From the NCBI RefSeq assembly GCF_001194135.2, contig NC_068987.1:75140242-75175500 (forward strand): a stretch of DNA of 35,259 nucleotides. Direction: 5' to 3'. Under the pieces are notes generated by a model that was not told where the DNA came from, made no database searches, and worked only from the letters and a program-made list of their open reading frames with translations. The stretch comes from Octopus bimaculoides (Eukaryota). A program made the translations under genes and the position numbers. Each line of letters opens with the position of its first letter. The first letter of the stretch is position 1. Of this stretch, positions 1-11,641 are shown one piece after another.

Positions 1-714
1 AAAACCAGTCACTTGAAATGGTGGTCCAAGCCAGCCCCGAAATCCTTGAAGGATTTCTCGATAGGGTGTTCATAGGGGAGGAGTGGGTGAGCGTAATAGT
101 GAGCGTTGGGGGACGTAGGTCGTGCTGTTTTAAGTGCGGCGAAAAAGGCCACGTCCGCTCAGGATGTAAAGAGAAAAAGAGCGAAGCTCCGCCCCAACAA
201 AAGTCTAAAGACACAGAAGAAAAAGGAAAAAAAAAACCCAAATAAAAACCAAGCAGAAGTGCCCAAGGAAAGCGAACCAACAAGGCAAGAAACACCAACC
301 ACAGAAGAAGAAATAGGATTTACATTAGTGACGTCTCAAAGTAAAAAGGCCTCTGTCCCTGACTCCGCTCCCCATACAAAAACACCTAAAGCAACCGCAG
401 GTATACAAGAAAAACTCCCCACACCGTTCCCCTGTTAAAACCCATCTGCAAACCCGACCCCAAAGTACAATACAAAATTGTATCGTTTAAGGACACCATA
501 AAGCACAAGTATACATTCGGATGGCCAGGATGAAAGTGTTTTTGTTCAATGAACTGACACAAAGATATAAAGAAGATATAAAGGACGTAAGTGCAGAGAT
601 GACCGGCAGGAGCTTCATCGCGAGTCCAGCGGCTACACCACAGAAGAAGGAGGATGAGGGGAAGCTGAATTCGTTCAGCCCCTCCCCAAAATCAAAATGT
701 AAGTACGAATTTCT
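1..714 (+). mobile_element. Tx1/L1-group LINE, decayed gag-like ORF1 (5' end lies outside the window)
   Basis: CCHC zinc knuckle CFKCGEKGHVRSGC preceded by DRVFIGEEWVSV, then a K/E/P/T-rich tail broken by frameshifts, immediately upstream of an endonuclease ORF. Confidence 0.85.
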
Positions 715-1435
715 ATGGAATTTAAGTTAGGGTGCATAAATGTGCGTGGCCTAGGGTCAAAATGGAAGCAAACTTTCTCCTGGACGACCTTAGGTCACTA
801 GAAAAGGGTGCATAAATGTGCGTGGCCTAGGGTCAAAATGGAAGCAAACTTTCTCCTGTACGACCTTAGGTCACTAGAAATTGATATATGTTGTAACTGA
901 GTCCAAGCTGAGTGGGCCACAAGCGTTCACGCCCCTTCTAAATGGCTACTAGAAATTTATTTCTCCTAGTCGTGGGTAGGGGACGTTGTGATCCTACTCA
1001 GGAAAAACTTGGACGTGCAGGTAAGTGCAGTCTTTCTAGACCCAGAAGGTAGGTTGGTCGTTCTAGATGTGACACACGTGAGTAAACAGTCCTTTAGGTT
1101 GGTAGATGTCTACGCACCAAATGAGTGTAGGCAGGTTGGGTTTTTTCCGGGACCTAGAGAGTTTCTTAGTGACGTCAAAAACTCTAGTTGTACCAGGAGA
1201 CTTTAACACTATTCTCAATGCACAGGTGGATAGTGTTAGCTCGGCTAATAGAAGGGGAAATCCTCAAAAGGCTACTAGAGAGCTATAATCTAGTAGACCG
1301 GTATAGACTGGATGAATCGCTCGTTCCACAGTGGACGTGGTCTAATAACGACGGCTCATGCAGATCTTATTTAGAAAGGATTATTGTTAGAGACAGAGAT
1401 AGGGATACTGTTAGCTGTCCACGCTTTTATTGTGT
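715..1435 (+). mobile_element. Tx1/L1-group LINE ORF2, APE endonuclease domain (frameshifted and truncated)
   Basis: ATG at 715 reads MEFKLGCINVRGL. Downstream are IDICC..TESK, GRLVVLDV, VYAPN, GDFN, WTWSN and SYLERI, the APE motifs in the expected order. No RT domain follows. Confidence 0.9.
729..880 (+). repeat. 76-bp tandem duplication inside the LINE ORF2 start
   Basis: 729-804 and 805-880 are identical except for one base (ctgga vs ctgta). Confidence 0.95.
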
Positions 1436-1441
1436 CCCCTG

Positions 1442-1826
1442 TGGAGTCGCAATGGCCCAGTGGTTAGGGTAGCGGACTCGCAGTCATAGGATCGCGGTTT
1501 CGATTCCCAAACCGGGCGTTGTGAGTGTTTATTGAGCGAAAACACCTAAAAGCTCCACGAGGCTCCGGCAGGGGGGGGGGCGAACCCTGCTGTACTCTTT
1601 CACCAAAACTTTTTCTCACTCTAACTTCCTGTTTCTGTTGTGCTTGTAATTCAAAGGGTCAGCCTTGTCACACTGTGTCACGCTGAATATCCCCGAGAAC
1701 TACGTTAAGGGTACACGTGTCTGTGGAGTGCTCAGCCACTTGCACGTTAATTTCACGAGCAGGCTGTTCCGTTGATCGGATTAACTGGAACCCTCGGCGT
1801 CGTAAGCGACGGAGTGCCAACAACAG
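1442..1826 (+). mobile_element. tRNA-derived SINE with an Arg-like head, possibly the Octopus OR type
   Basis: A box TGGCCCAGTGG, B box GTTTCGATTCC and anticodon-like GACTCGC. Ends in a caacaa tail and interrupts the LINE endonuclease just before the expected SDH motif. Confidence 0.8.
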
Positions 1827-1884
1827 CAGGTCGTGGCTAATCTTGGGGTAAACAACAATAGCAAACGGTAAGAAATGCTTTTGA

Positions 1885-2085
1885 TGGCTGTTATAGGAGG
1901 TGTTTAGCCTCAAATCAGCCTACGATCGCAGGCGTTTCCGCTCATGACATACCTTCAGATATACCGTATCTAGGTCTATTTTAACAAACATGTCCTCCCT
2001 TTGTTTTAAGACAGTAGAGTGTGATTTGAGAGATATGTGGCTGCTATTTCTAGTAGGTTAAGCAACCGTGTATGGACTCCTATGT
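1885..2085 (+). repeat. Dispersed repeat family D (gtttagcc...gtgtgatttgag...gctgctatttctag)
   Basis: Diverged copies on + at about 2380-2525, 6115-6230, 15250-15490 and 17155-17360, and on - at about 6590-6770, 10685-10735, 10860-11040, 12530-12710 and 20370-20440. Class uncertain, probably an old SINE. Confidence 0.7.
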
Positions 2086-2739
2086 TCGTTTATTTCCGAT
2101 AGTTGTCAGAGTAAATCAGTTTCTGATTCATACTAATTATTTAGGAGTATTAAAAAACACCTTTGTTAGGTTATTTTCATTCTCAGTTTTGTGATCTGTG
2201 GAATGCAACTCTACAATATAGACAAAGTAATTGGCAGTGTAAGTTGAGAGAAAATATCAGGTTATGTGAACATGATGTTGTTTGTGATCAGGCGGTCCTA
2301 TTGTTAAAGGTGTTACAGCAAGATTATTTTTAGACGTAGTATAACCAGAAGTATCATATTTAATGCCTTTTCTTTGCTTTGTTTAGCCAAGTTGGGCAAA
2401 CGTGATGCATCATCACATGCATTCCAACTATAACCACTCCTGTTTTTATCTTATTCTACACAGTGTATCTGGGAATACATTTCTCAATGTGCCTTTCTTT
2501 TTAAGATGATAGAGTGTGATTTGACAATCCGCAGCCAAACACCACCACCACCACCAAATTGTCACATGGAAGACAATTACTTTGTCTATATTGTAGAGTT
2601 GTGAATACAACCAACAACTTCAAAAGATGGCGATATACTTGCATAGCAAGTATTTTGATCTGAGATCATGTGCTGAAACTAAAGCAACTGCAAAAGACAC
2701 AAGTGTGTTGTGCTTAAAAATGTGGTCTGGATTAAGAAA

Positions 2740-2990
2740 GTGAGGCTTGTTGCGAGGTTGCAGGGCAATTTTATGATGCTGTACCCAGTGGGAAAGGCAT
2801 TGAACTTGTGTTTACAAATGGACGAAGGACATCTCTCTAAAGGTGAAAAAGATCAAAGAGCATACACGGGGAGTGCATTTAAAGTGTATAGCAAGCTAGG
2901 AAGAGTGACTATATAAGCAAGATAAGAGGATCGGTGGAGTGATGGAGAGGGTTGTGAAGCAATAGGATGTAATTTGTGGGAGATTTTTAG
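2740..2990 (+). mobile_element. Highly decayed RTE LINE ORF remnant (tentative)
   Basis: GQFYDAV resembles RTE GRLYDACV, and a downstream segment resembles IRGIGGVMER. Many disablements. Confidence 0.3.
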
Positions 2991-3559
2991 TTACTATTTC
3001 TTCAGCACATGAAACTACATAGAGAATTTCTAGTTAACACTAGTAGCCAATATTTAATACGTCCAACATTTAAGGTGCATAATAAATGAACATATTTACA
3101 GTGATTGTGAAAAGGGACAAGACTGAGATGAATGTTAGAGATACGAAGTAAGAACAGAAAAATAGCTTTAAAGAAATGGGCCAGTATGGGTAGAGAAAAT
3201 GAAATCTAAAATTCTGTAGGAAAGAGGAAGGGTCAGTATTTTAAGATGACCAACCAAACATATTTTGGAAGGCATTTCCCTTGTTTCCTCTAATTTTTAG
3301 TAATTAAGGTGTGGAAAAATCATTGTTGTTCCATTCTTTTTCCTGTGTCAAAAGTATGTATGCAATGAGTGCATAACTGATAACATTATTATATTTGCTG
3401 GAATCTATGACACCCTTTTTTTTCTTTTAAATATTTTTTAAATGTATCAAAGAACTGTCCTGTGTCTAAAGTGGCTGCATTATGGATGGGAGACCAAGTG
3501 TTGTGGGCTAGGGAGCTAGATCAACAGAAGTCCCATAGGAACAATAGCTGTTACTAATG

Positions 3560-3750
3560 ATAAAATATTGATTTCAAATTATGGCACAATGCCAGCAATT
3601 TGGGGGGGGGGGGAATGGGTAAGTTGATTACATTGAACCCCAGTACTCAACTGGTACTTATTTATCAACCCTGAAAGGATGAAAGGCAAAGTCAACCATA
3701 CCAGAATTTGAACTCAGATTGTGAAGATGGACAAAATGCTGCTAAGCATG
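3560..3750 (-). mobile_element. tRNA-head SINE family B, diverged copy
   Basis: Minus strand reads ctgagttcaaattc (B box) then gactttgcctttcatcctttcagggttgataaataagtaccag. Homologous to 4812-5036. Confidence 0.75.
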
Positions 3751-4129
3751 CACCAAGTTCCAGAGCAGTCTTGAGGCCATAGTGGCTACTTTGAGTAAAC
3801 TGTTACTTCCAGCTATAATCTATTCTTCGATTGTTTTTTAAATACTTTTATTTTTAGATGGGATGCATTTTATTTTCTTTTCATGCAAAGTGTCAAATTT
3901 AGCCTAGACACCAAAGATGTATGTACGTACATATCACTTTGTTTGTCCCCTCCAGCCACCCACTTTGCTTGGTTTTTGTTTGTGGGTTGGTAAAAAAGAT
4001 CCATAGAACAAGTGTATCAAACTTTAAAGAATATAAGTACTAGGAAGTCCATAGAGGGAGTACTGGGAGAAAAGTGGGGTCTAAGGGCTGTGTTCAAAAT
4101 TTTAAAAGCTACAGTATTTTTTTTTTTTT

Positions 4130-4600
4130 TGTCATTAGGCTGCAGCCATGATGAGGTACTGCCTTGACAAATGAACCGATCCCAGTACTTGTTCTATTGG
4201 TCTCTTTTGCCGAATCACTAAGTTACAGGGATGTAAACATGCAAACACCGATTATCAAGCAGTGGTGAAGGACAAACACAGATATACATATCTATCATCA
4301 TCATCATCGTTTAACGTCCGCTTTCCAATGCTAGCATGGGTTGGACGATTTGACTGAGGACTGGTGCAACCGGATGGCTACACCAGGCTCCAATCTAATT
4401 TGGCAGAGTTTCTACAGCTGGATGCTCTTCCTAACGCCAACCATTCAGAGAGTGTAGTGGGTGCTTTTACGTGTCACCCAAAAATAAATGGCAGGCTTCT
4501 TCCAGTTTCCATTGACCATATTCACTAACAAGGCTTTGATTGGCACAAGGCTAGAGTAGAAGACACTTGCTCAAGGTGGAACTGAACCACACAGCCGCAC
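4130..4600 (-). mobile_element. SINE family C copy with a family A tail (4295-4479) nested in its microsatellite
   Basis: Family C head at about 4490-4600, family C 3' half at about 4130-4290, and family A in between in the same orientation. Confidence 0.8.
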
Positions 4601-4811
4601 CTGCACCTATAATCACTGATTTAATCTTATCTTTTGTTTCAATCTTTGGACTGTAACCATGTCGGGGTTCCATCTTGAACAAATCAACCACAGTACCTGT
4701 ATTTTTAAGCCTGGTGCTTATTCTGTTGATCTCTTTTTGTTGCACTGCTAAGTTATAGGAGATGTAAACAAACTAGCACCAGTTGTCAATAAATGATGGG
4801 CTTCTTTCAGT

Positions 4812-5036
4812 TTCTTATTTCTTTACTACCCACAAGGGGCTAAACACAGAGGGGACAAATGGATTAAGTTGATTATATCGACCCCAGTGCGTAACTGTTA
4901 CTTATTTAACCGACCCCGAAAGGATGAAAGGCAAAGTCGACCTCGGCAGAATTTGAACATCAGAACATAGCGGCAGACGAAATATCGCTAAGCATTTCAC
5001 CCAGAGTGCTAACGTTTCTATCAGCTTGCTGCCTTA
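4812..5036 (-). mobile_element. tRNA-head SINE family B; central domain resembles the MetaSINE domain
   Basis: gttctgatgttcaaattctgccgaggtcgactttgcctttcatcctttcggggtcggttaaataagtaacag. The Meta-domain assignment is from memory and needs an alignment. Confidence 0.75.
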
Positions 5037-5261
5037 TGGGCTTCTTTCAGTTTCTGTCTACCAAATCCATTCACAAGGCCTAGGACAGCCTGGAGCTATA
5101 GTAGAAGACACTTGCCCATGGTGCTGCACACATGGTTGGGAAGCAAGCTCCTTACTACACATCCATGCGTGTATTTTTGTACATAACTCAACTGAGTATG
5201 AAATTGGTGGTTTATTGAGTAAAGAGACTTTTCAAGAGCTTGGGGTTCATAGAAAAATTCA

Positions 5262-5418
5262 TTTAGTGGGGCTGTGTGATAAGAAGCTTGCTTCCCAACC
5301 TCATGGTTCCAGGTTCAGTCCAACTGTGTGGCACCTTCAGCAAATGTCTTCTATCATCTCAAGCTAACCAAAGCCTTGTGAGTGGATTTGGTAGATGGCA
5401 ACTAAAAGAAGCCTGTCG

Positions 5419-5466
<48 letters not shown>

Positions 5467-5835
5467 GGGGGTGGCCTGCAAGAGTCCTGTGCCAGTGCCA
5501 CATAAAAGCACCCAGAGTGGTTGGCATTAGGAAGGGCATCCAGCTGTAGAAACATTGCCAGATCAAATTGGAGCCTGGCGCAGCTCTGGTCAAACCGTCC
5601 AGCCCATGCCAACATGGACAACAGACGTTAAATGATAATTTGTGTCTGTCTGTCCCCATCACCACTTGACAACTGGTGCTAGAGTATTCATGTCCTCATA
5701 ACTTATTGGTTTGGCAAAAGAGATTGAAAAATAAGTACCAGGCTTTAAAGAAGTCCTGGGGTCAATTTATGCGACTAAAAGATTCTCCAAGGTGGTACCC
5801 CAGTATGGCCACAATCTAATGACTGACACAAAAAA
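5262..5835 (+). mobile_element. SINE family C copy with a family A tail (about 5466-5635) nested in its (TG)n tract
   Basis: Order is family C head, (TA)(TG)n, family A core ending gacgttaaatgat, then the family C 3' half. Confidence 0.8.
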
Positions 5836-6789
5836 AAAAAATGAATAAAAAATGAAGGGGAATTTTAGTGATGAAATTTGGAACCAATGACTGAGATTAT
5901 TAGATATATGAATTGCAACTAATTACTTAAGTATTAAAGTCTCACCTGATTGGTAACTACACTACACAGAAACATCATTAAAATAATATAAATAAAGACA
6001 AAAGAATTTGTTTTTCTTTTAAACAATTTTTGAATGATGTGAATAAAAAGGATTAATGATGTGAATTAAAAAGGATTAAAAAAAGTTAAACACTTTTCAA
6101 ATAGAAATACATTATTTCAGTCCAGGTTGAATCTGATCAAGTAGACTCGTGTTCTCAGCATTTCAACAAGAATGTTATTTTCAAATAATTTGGCTGCTAT
6201 TTCTAGGAGGACAAGTGGCCATATATGCAGATAGGCTCCTTTGTTGTGATCATCATCGGTTTAATGCCCACTTTTCCATGCTTTAATGGGTTAGACAGAA
6301 TATCTTCAGGCAGATGCCCTCACCTGTTTCCAAATAAGGTAATATTTCTCCAAGGCCTAACATGTTTTTGCAGAATATTGGAAGTAAAATATAACAGTGA
6401 CACTCATTTATGGATCTTTTCTGTTTGCCTATCATTTTTCAATTTCTTTAATTTCTGTTCCAATTGGTTTCATATTTGTTGTAATGATGTAGTTTTGTAT
6501 GCAAATGATTGACATAAAATTCATTTTTGCCACAAATCAATAAATAAAGAGTTAATAGTTTTTAAAGTTTGCAAATTTTAGGTAATTTTAGCCAATCTTA
6601 AGCCAAAGACATATTCATGCCTGTTTCCATAGTAACAAGCCAAGCTCAAGAACTCTTGTCTGCGAGAAAGCATGTGTTGACAAATATATTCTACTCACTG
6701 AGGTGGTCATGAGATGTGCTAAAAATAACAGCTAAATAGAACTTAAATCATGCACCTCCAAATCTTTTGTTTTTGCATAATCATATGAC

Positions 6790-7090
6790 TTTCTGTGTGT
6801 AGAATACAAATTCTAAAAAATTTTTCAGAAGATTCCAAAAAAATAAAAAAAAGTTGAGGGATTATGTTATGCATAAAGCAAAATTCCACCAATATTTCAT
6901 TTGCTTACAGTTGACAAGCTGTCACACACACATGACAGCTTCCAAATCCTTTTTTTCTGACTGGGTAAAAATTATTGAACTTTAAACCTCTATAACTTTC
7001 TTTCAAAAATCTTCTGGAAAAATTGAAATATCTCCTGAGATTCAGCATGGAAAATTACATCAATACACTAAATTTTAAAATTTTCCATAA
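6790..7090 (+). repeat. AT-rich dispersed repeat, probably a DNA-transposon arm; second copy at about 11060-11380
   Basis: Shared blocks cacaca...atgacagct, gactgggt.aaaat.at.gaactt.aaacctctataacttt and aaaaatttt in both copies. Confidence 0.6.
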
Positions 7091-7538
7091 ACTCTGAAAT
7101 TTCCACAGGTGCAGCCAAACAGAAAAATCCTCATTTACAAATCTCAGGTAATATCAAGACAAGGAAACACATATACACATACATGACAGACTTGTTTCAG
7201 TTTCTGTCCATCAAATCCATTCACAAGAGACTGGTTGGCCCAGGGCTATAATTAAAAGACACTTGCCCAAGATGCCAAGCAAACTTCTTAACCAGACAGC
7301 CATGTCTATGCTTCCAAAGAAATTAGTACTTAAAGACAGAACAGAAAAATAATTTAAGAAAATGGCACCAAAAGAGCAGCTCTGATTTCTCACAAGAAGC
7401 GAGAGAGATTCAATAGTTGATCAATTCAGTAAGACTCAGGAAAGGATTTGATCTGAAATAACTACAGAAACATAACATTGATTTGTCTCCCCTTTCAAAC
7501 AGTCAGCAGTGAAGTCTTTCAAAGAGTATGGAATACAG

Positions 7539-8771
7539 TTTATTTAACTTTCTTCAATTGATCATTTCAAAATTTACATGCCAAAGTCAAAAGTTTGTGA
7601 AATTGTGAAAGAATAAAACAATTTAATTTAACCATGTACAAGTTGCTGAATTAATACAGAAAAGAAAAAAAAAATGGCTAGGGAAATAGAATTTAAAAAA
7701 AAAAAAATTGTGATACAAAATATAGAGAAAAAGATTTTTATTTTTTTAAATCCTTAAAAAGAAAAAACAAAAAAACCATTTGGCAAAATGGACAAAGCAA
7801 AGCTAAGCCATCAAATCTAGATATTAATTAAAAAAAAAAAAAACGATTCTGACACATGATAATGAGATTAGTAGCATTTTTTTGTTTGTGTGTTGGTGAA
7901 ATTTTTTCCATTNNNNNNNNNNNNNNNNNNNNNNNNNNNNNNNNNNNNNNNNNNNNNNNNNNNNNNNNNNNNNNNNNNNNNNNNNNNNNNNNNNNNNNNN
8001 NNNNNNNNNNNNNNNNNNNNNNNNNNNNNNNNNNNNNNNNNNNNNNNNNNNNNNNNNNNNNNNNNNNNNNNNNNNNNNNNNNNNNNNNNNNNNNNNNNNN
8101 NNNNNNNNNNNNNNNNNNNNNNNNNNNNNNNNNNNNNNNNNNNNNNNNNNNNNNNNNNNNNNNNNNNNNNNNNNNNNNNNNNNNNNNNNNNNNNNNNNNN
8201 NNNNNNNNNNNNNNNNNNNNNNNNNNNNNNNNNNNNNNNNNNNNNNNNNNNNNNNNNNNNNNNNNNNNNNNNNNNNNNNNNNNNNNNNNNNNNNNNNNNN
8301 NNNNNNNNNNNNNNNNNNNNNNNNNNNNNNNNNNNNNNNNNNNNNNNNNNNNNNNNNNNNNNNNNNNNNNNNNNNNNNNNNNNNNNNNNNNNNNNNNNNN
8401 NNNNNNNNNNNNNNNNNNNNNNNNNNNNNNNNNNNNNNNNNNNNNNNNNNNNNNNNNNNNNNNNNNNNNNNNNNNNNNNNNNNNNNNNNNNNNNNNNNNN
8501 NNNNNNNNNNNNNNNNNNNNNNNNNNNNNNNCTATAGAAAACAAATAGTTGGTAATCTTTGATATTAAAAAGGAAAAAACAAAGAGGGGGAGGAGAGAAT
8601 TTTCTGATGCCACAAAGTTTATGTTGTAGTAGTGATTAAAAACAAAATCAAAAGAAAACAAAAAATAGTAACAAATTTCCAATGTACACCCACTCACAAA
8701 CATCTATATAGATATACACACATGCATCCATCGACATGGTTGTGTAAGCATATATGTATACACACACACAC

Positions 8772-8817
<46 letters not shown>

Positions 8818-9120
8818 TACATAAACATACAATTATACATACATACACACATATACTGACACACACACACAGACATTCAGATAAAATACATGAGTGTGTG
8901 TGTATATATGTAGGTATATATGTATATAATTTGAAAAAACTGAAATGTTTGAGAAGTAAATAGAAATATTTTGACTGAGGTATACCAGATCAGCCAAAAA
9001 CAAAGAGGGTGGGGGAGAGAGAGTGAAGGGAGAAGAGTAGGAGCAGGGAGAGGAGGAGGGACAGAAGTTTCAGTTTCAGAATTGGCTGCTCCAGGAATCC
9101 TCTTCTGGTTCACTCAGTGA
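7539..9120 (-). other. Probable TMEM59 3' UTR with candidate AATAAA signals at 7737-7742 and 7539-7544
   Basis: Directly follows the stop codon and is free of recognisable SINEs down to about 7300. Contains a pyrimidine tract, TG/TA microsatellites and an assembly gap. The poly(A) site is inferred only. Confidence 0.45.
7913..8531. other. Assembly gap (N run); other gaps at 21360-21987, 25212-25224, 31099-31826 and 33209-33431
   Basis: Runs of n in the sequence. Confidence 1.
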
Positions 9121-9249
9121 TTAGATCCTGTCACTCTTGATGTTCACCGGAAGAGGGGCAGCAACTACTATGTCTTGGGGAAGGCATTTCTTCATCTTCT
9201 TCTGTTCAAAATCCACCAGGTAGTCCAGGTCACCATAAATACTGAGTTT
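9121..9249 (-). CDS. TMEM59: TMEM59-like last coding exon (cytoplasmic tail and TAA stop)
   Basis: Acceptor ttcctccttctag. Encodes KLSIYGDLDYLVDFEQKKMKKCLPQDIVVAAPLPVNIKSDRI*, with the family signature KLSIYGDL and the C-terminal PLP. Too short to appear in the supplied ORF track. Confidence 0.95.
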   Translation of the reverse strand, partial: KLSIYGDLDYLVDFEQKKMKKCLPQDIVVAAPLPVNIKSDRI

Positions 9250-9311
9250 CTAGAAGGAGGAAAACAAAGAGAGAACAGAAAGGACAATGAGTTAATTACA
9301 TAGATATAACG

Positions 9312-9840
9312 TCTCTTTCATTGAACACTAAACTCGGCTTGTGAAGACCTGCTGGAGCAAGCGAAAGTGAAAATCATGATGGCACCTGTATCAGTGGAGC
9401 ACTAAGAGCACCGTCTGAGTGTGATCGTTGCCAGAGCAGCTGTCTGGCTTCCGTGCTGGTGGCACGTAAATAGCACCATTTGAGCATGATTGTTACCAAC
9501 GTCGCCTTCCTGGCACTTGTGCCAGTGGCAAGTGAAAAGACATTCGAGCGAGATCGTTGCCAGTGCTGCTGGACTGGCTCCTGTGCAGGTGGCACGTAAA
9601 ATACACCATTTTGAGCGTGGCCGTTGCTAGTACCGCCTGACTGGCCTTTGTGCGGGTGACACGTAAAAGCACCCACTACACTCTCGGAGTGGTTGGCGTT
9701 AGGAAGGGCATCCAACTGTAGAAACACTGCCAAATTAGATTGGAGCCTGCTGTAGCCACCTGGTTCACCAGTCCTCAGTCAAATCGTCCAACCCATGCTA
9801 GCATGGAAAGCGGACGTTAAACAATGATGATCATGATGAT
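9312..9840 (+). mobile_element. Family A: 5'-truncated RTE-type 3' tail with an internal ~65-bp tandem array
   Basis: Ends in aaatcgtccaacccatgctagcatggaaagcggacgttaaac(a/g)atgatga. Other copies at about 14780-15088 (+), 18256-18740 (+), 23321-23498 (+), 25815-25990 (-), 26136-26500 (-), 30941-31098 (-), 33088-33690 (-) and 34878-34957 (+). The link to RTE is inferred. Confidence 0.85.
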
Positions 9841-10736
9841 AACATATCTGTGGTGCAACAGTATTTAGGTTTGTGATTTAAGTGCATGGATTAAATGGAT
9901 AAGATACTAGACAACCAGCCAAAGGTTACTGGTTTGTACCTAGACAACTAGCACTGCATTACATAATTGACCAAGACACTGAACTTTCAAATGGCTTTGT
10001 TCATCTAGCTGGTTGTCATTCTACATAAGTAGGATCACTGTAAACACTGACATATGGTTTGTAGTCTTGCAGTGCAGGATTCAATTCTTCCTGTGGGTGT
10101 GTAGAGAAGACACCAGTAATCAGATTTTTTTAAATCAAAAGTTTAGCAGCCACCATAGCCATTGGGGGACTTATGAGCCTATTAACAAATGGGGAAGCCT
10201 TGCAAGGTATTACTGATGGGTCCAGGCTCCTATCACAGATAGTGGACAGCCTTTGTGAAAAGAAACTTCACTTGAGATTCCAAAGTTTCACCCCATAGCA
10301 CAACATCCTCTCGAAGGCTGACCCAAGTTTGTGAAGCTGCACTGGGTAGGCAGGAACAGGAAACCATTGGGTGCACTACTCTGGGGGTCCAAACTTGCCA
10401 CATTTGAACTTGAGTGAGTTTTATGCTAAGAGCACAAATTTAAGTGGAATACATCAATACTTAAACCATAACGCAATGAATAGATAGTTCCATTGGTTTC
10501 ATAGAATTAATCATTAAAACCGACGAGAGACCCATTCTTTACAATAGGTTTCTTTTTTTGCTAGTTAACAACCGAGATAATAAAATTACAGTTCATAAGC
10601 AGTAGTCAAGGGAGGCAACTACGAAGAGAAATAACTATAAAACTGAACTATAGTTTACATGAGAGCATCTATACAATCAGTCATCTGCTAGAAACCGTAG
10701 CCTAATTCCTTTCAAGTCACACCCCACTGTCTAATG

Positions 10737-10790
10737 CATAGCTTTCCAAAGTGGGCGATATCGCCCACTGGTTGGCGATGGGCGAATTTC
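10737..10790 (+). mobile_element. hAT (Charlie/Buster-type) terminal sequence
   Basis: catagctttccaaagtgggcgatatcgccc resembles Charlie-type ends and contains the perfect palindrome gtgggcgatatcgcccac (10751-10768). Confidence 0.6.
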
Positions 10791-11494
10791 TGGCAAATGG
10801 AGGGTGATTTGATGGGTGACAATGAATGTTTAGAAATTTAGTCTGCATTTACTGGTATCAAGACATGCCTAGAATAAGGATGCACTTTTATGGATTTGAC
10901 TACTCGCATGAGAGTTGTATTAAAAACGTGGACTTGTTTATCGATCAAATGTTTTTGTCGCAGTCATTGAGATGGTTGTTATGCATGCTAAAAATAGCAG
11001 CCAAATAGGCCTAGGCCTTAAATCACACTCCACTGCAATTTTTTTTTTGGCATAATTGTATGAATTGTATAGAATTCAAATTCGCAAAAATTTCCTGAGA
11101 ACTCTGCGAAGAAAAGGGTATAAGGGGTTATATGTCATGCATAATTCTGTGGTTTCATATCAAAACACAAGTGCTATTTTCAGGATGTTGACAAAATGTG
11201 CAGTCACACACAAAATGACAGCTTTGAAATCATATTTCTTGACTGGGTGAAAATGATCGAACTTCAAACCTCTATAACTTTTTAAAAACATTTTTCTGAA
11301 AAAAGCTGAATAACTCCAGCAATTTAGCTTGGAAAGGCACATTAATGTGCCAAATTAAAAAATTTTTGAAATGCTGGTAGACAAACGAACTAGATCCATA
11401 TTTACTCTAACAAAGACGTGTCATTTGACTCTGCTCTATTGACTTCTCTTTGTGAATATCATACTGCCTTTCTGACACCATCTGTTTAATACTG

Positions 11495-11641
11495 ATGCCA
11501 CCAGTCAAGAAAATGTCGACAGTACAGTAGTGATTGTTTATCATTTGGATTTATTCCCTCTCCTCAGAACTGTAAGTTACCAATGTGCCTGCTTTGCATC
11601 AAACATTGACCAACGAAGTAATGAAACTTTCACGCTTGAAG
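11495..11641 (+). pseudogene. hAT Charlie/Buster transposase N-terminal BED zinc finger, frameshifted
   Basis: Across two frameshifts reads MPPVKK-CRQYSSDCLSFGFIPSPQNCKLPMCLLCIK-TLTNEVMKLSRLK, matching the Buster-type pattern KKCRQYSxEYLxYGFIPSP...PMCLLC.K.FSNEAMKPSRL. Confidence 0.85.

Noticed and set aside
1450-1525. Functional tRNA gene
   Set aside because: The acceptor and anticodon stems do not pair properly, and the sequence continues into a SINE body.
5026-5665. Cluster of overlapping ORFs, and similar LQLDALPNANHS or CVCVCV ORFs throughout
   Set aside because: Translations of SINE bodies and microsatellites.
7828-8703. Long ORFs spanning N runs (also 21174-22007, 31006-31899, 33099-33646)
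   Set aside because: Artefacts of translating gaps as X.
8877-9113. ORF MNQKRIPG... as a further exon
   Set aside because: It lies after the TMEM59 stop in a different frame and runs through low-complexity UTR sequence.
9385-9670. CRISPR array
   Set aside because: The apparent spacers are homologous to each other and occur in the same order in several dispersed copies. There are no cas genes, and the context is a eukaryotic intron.
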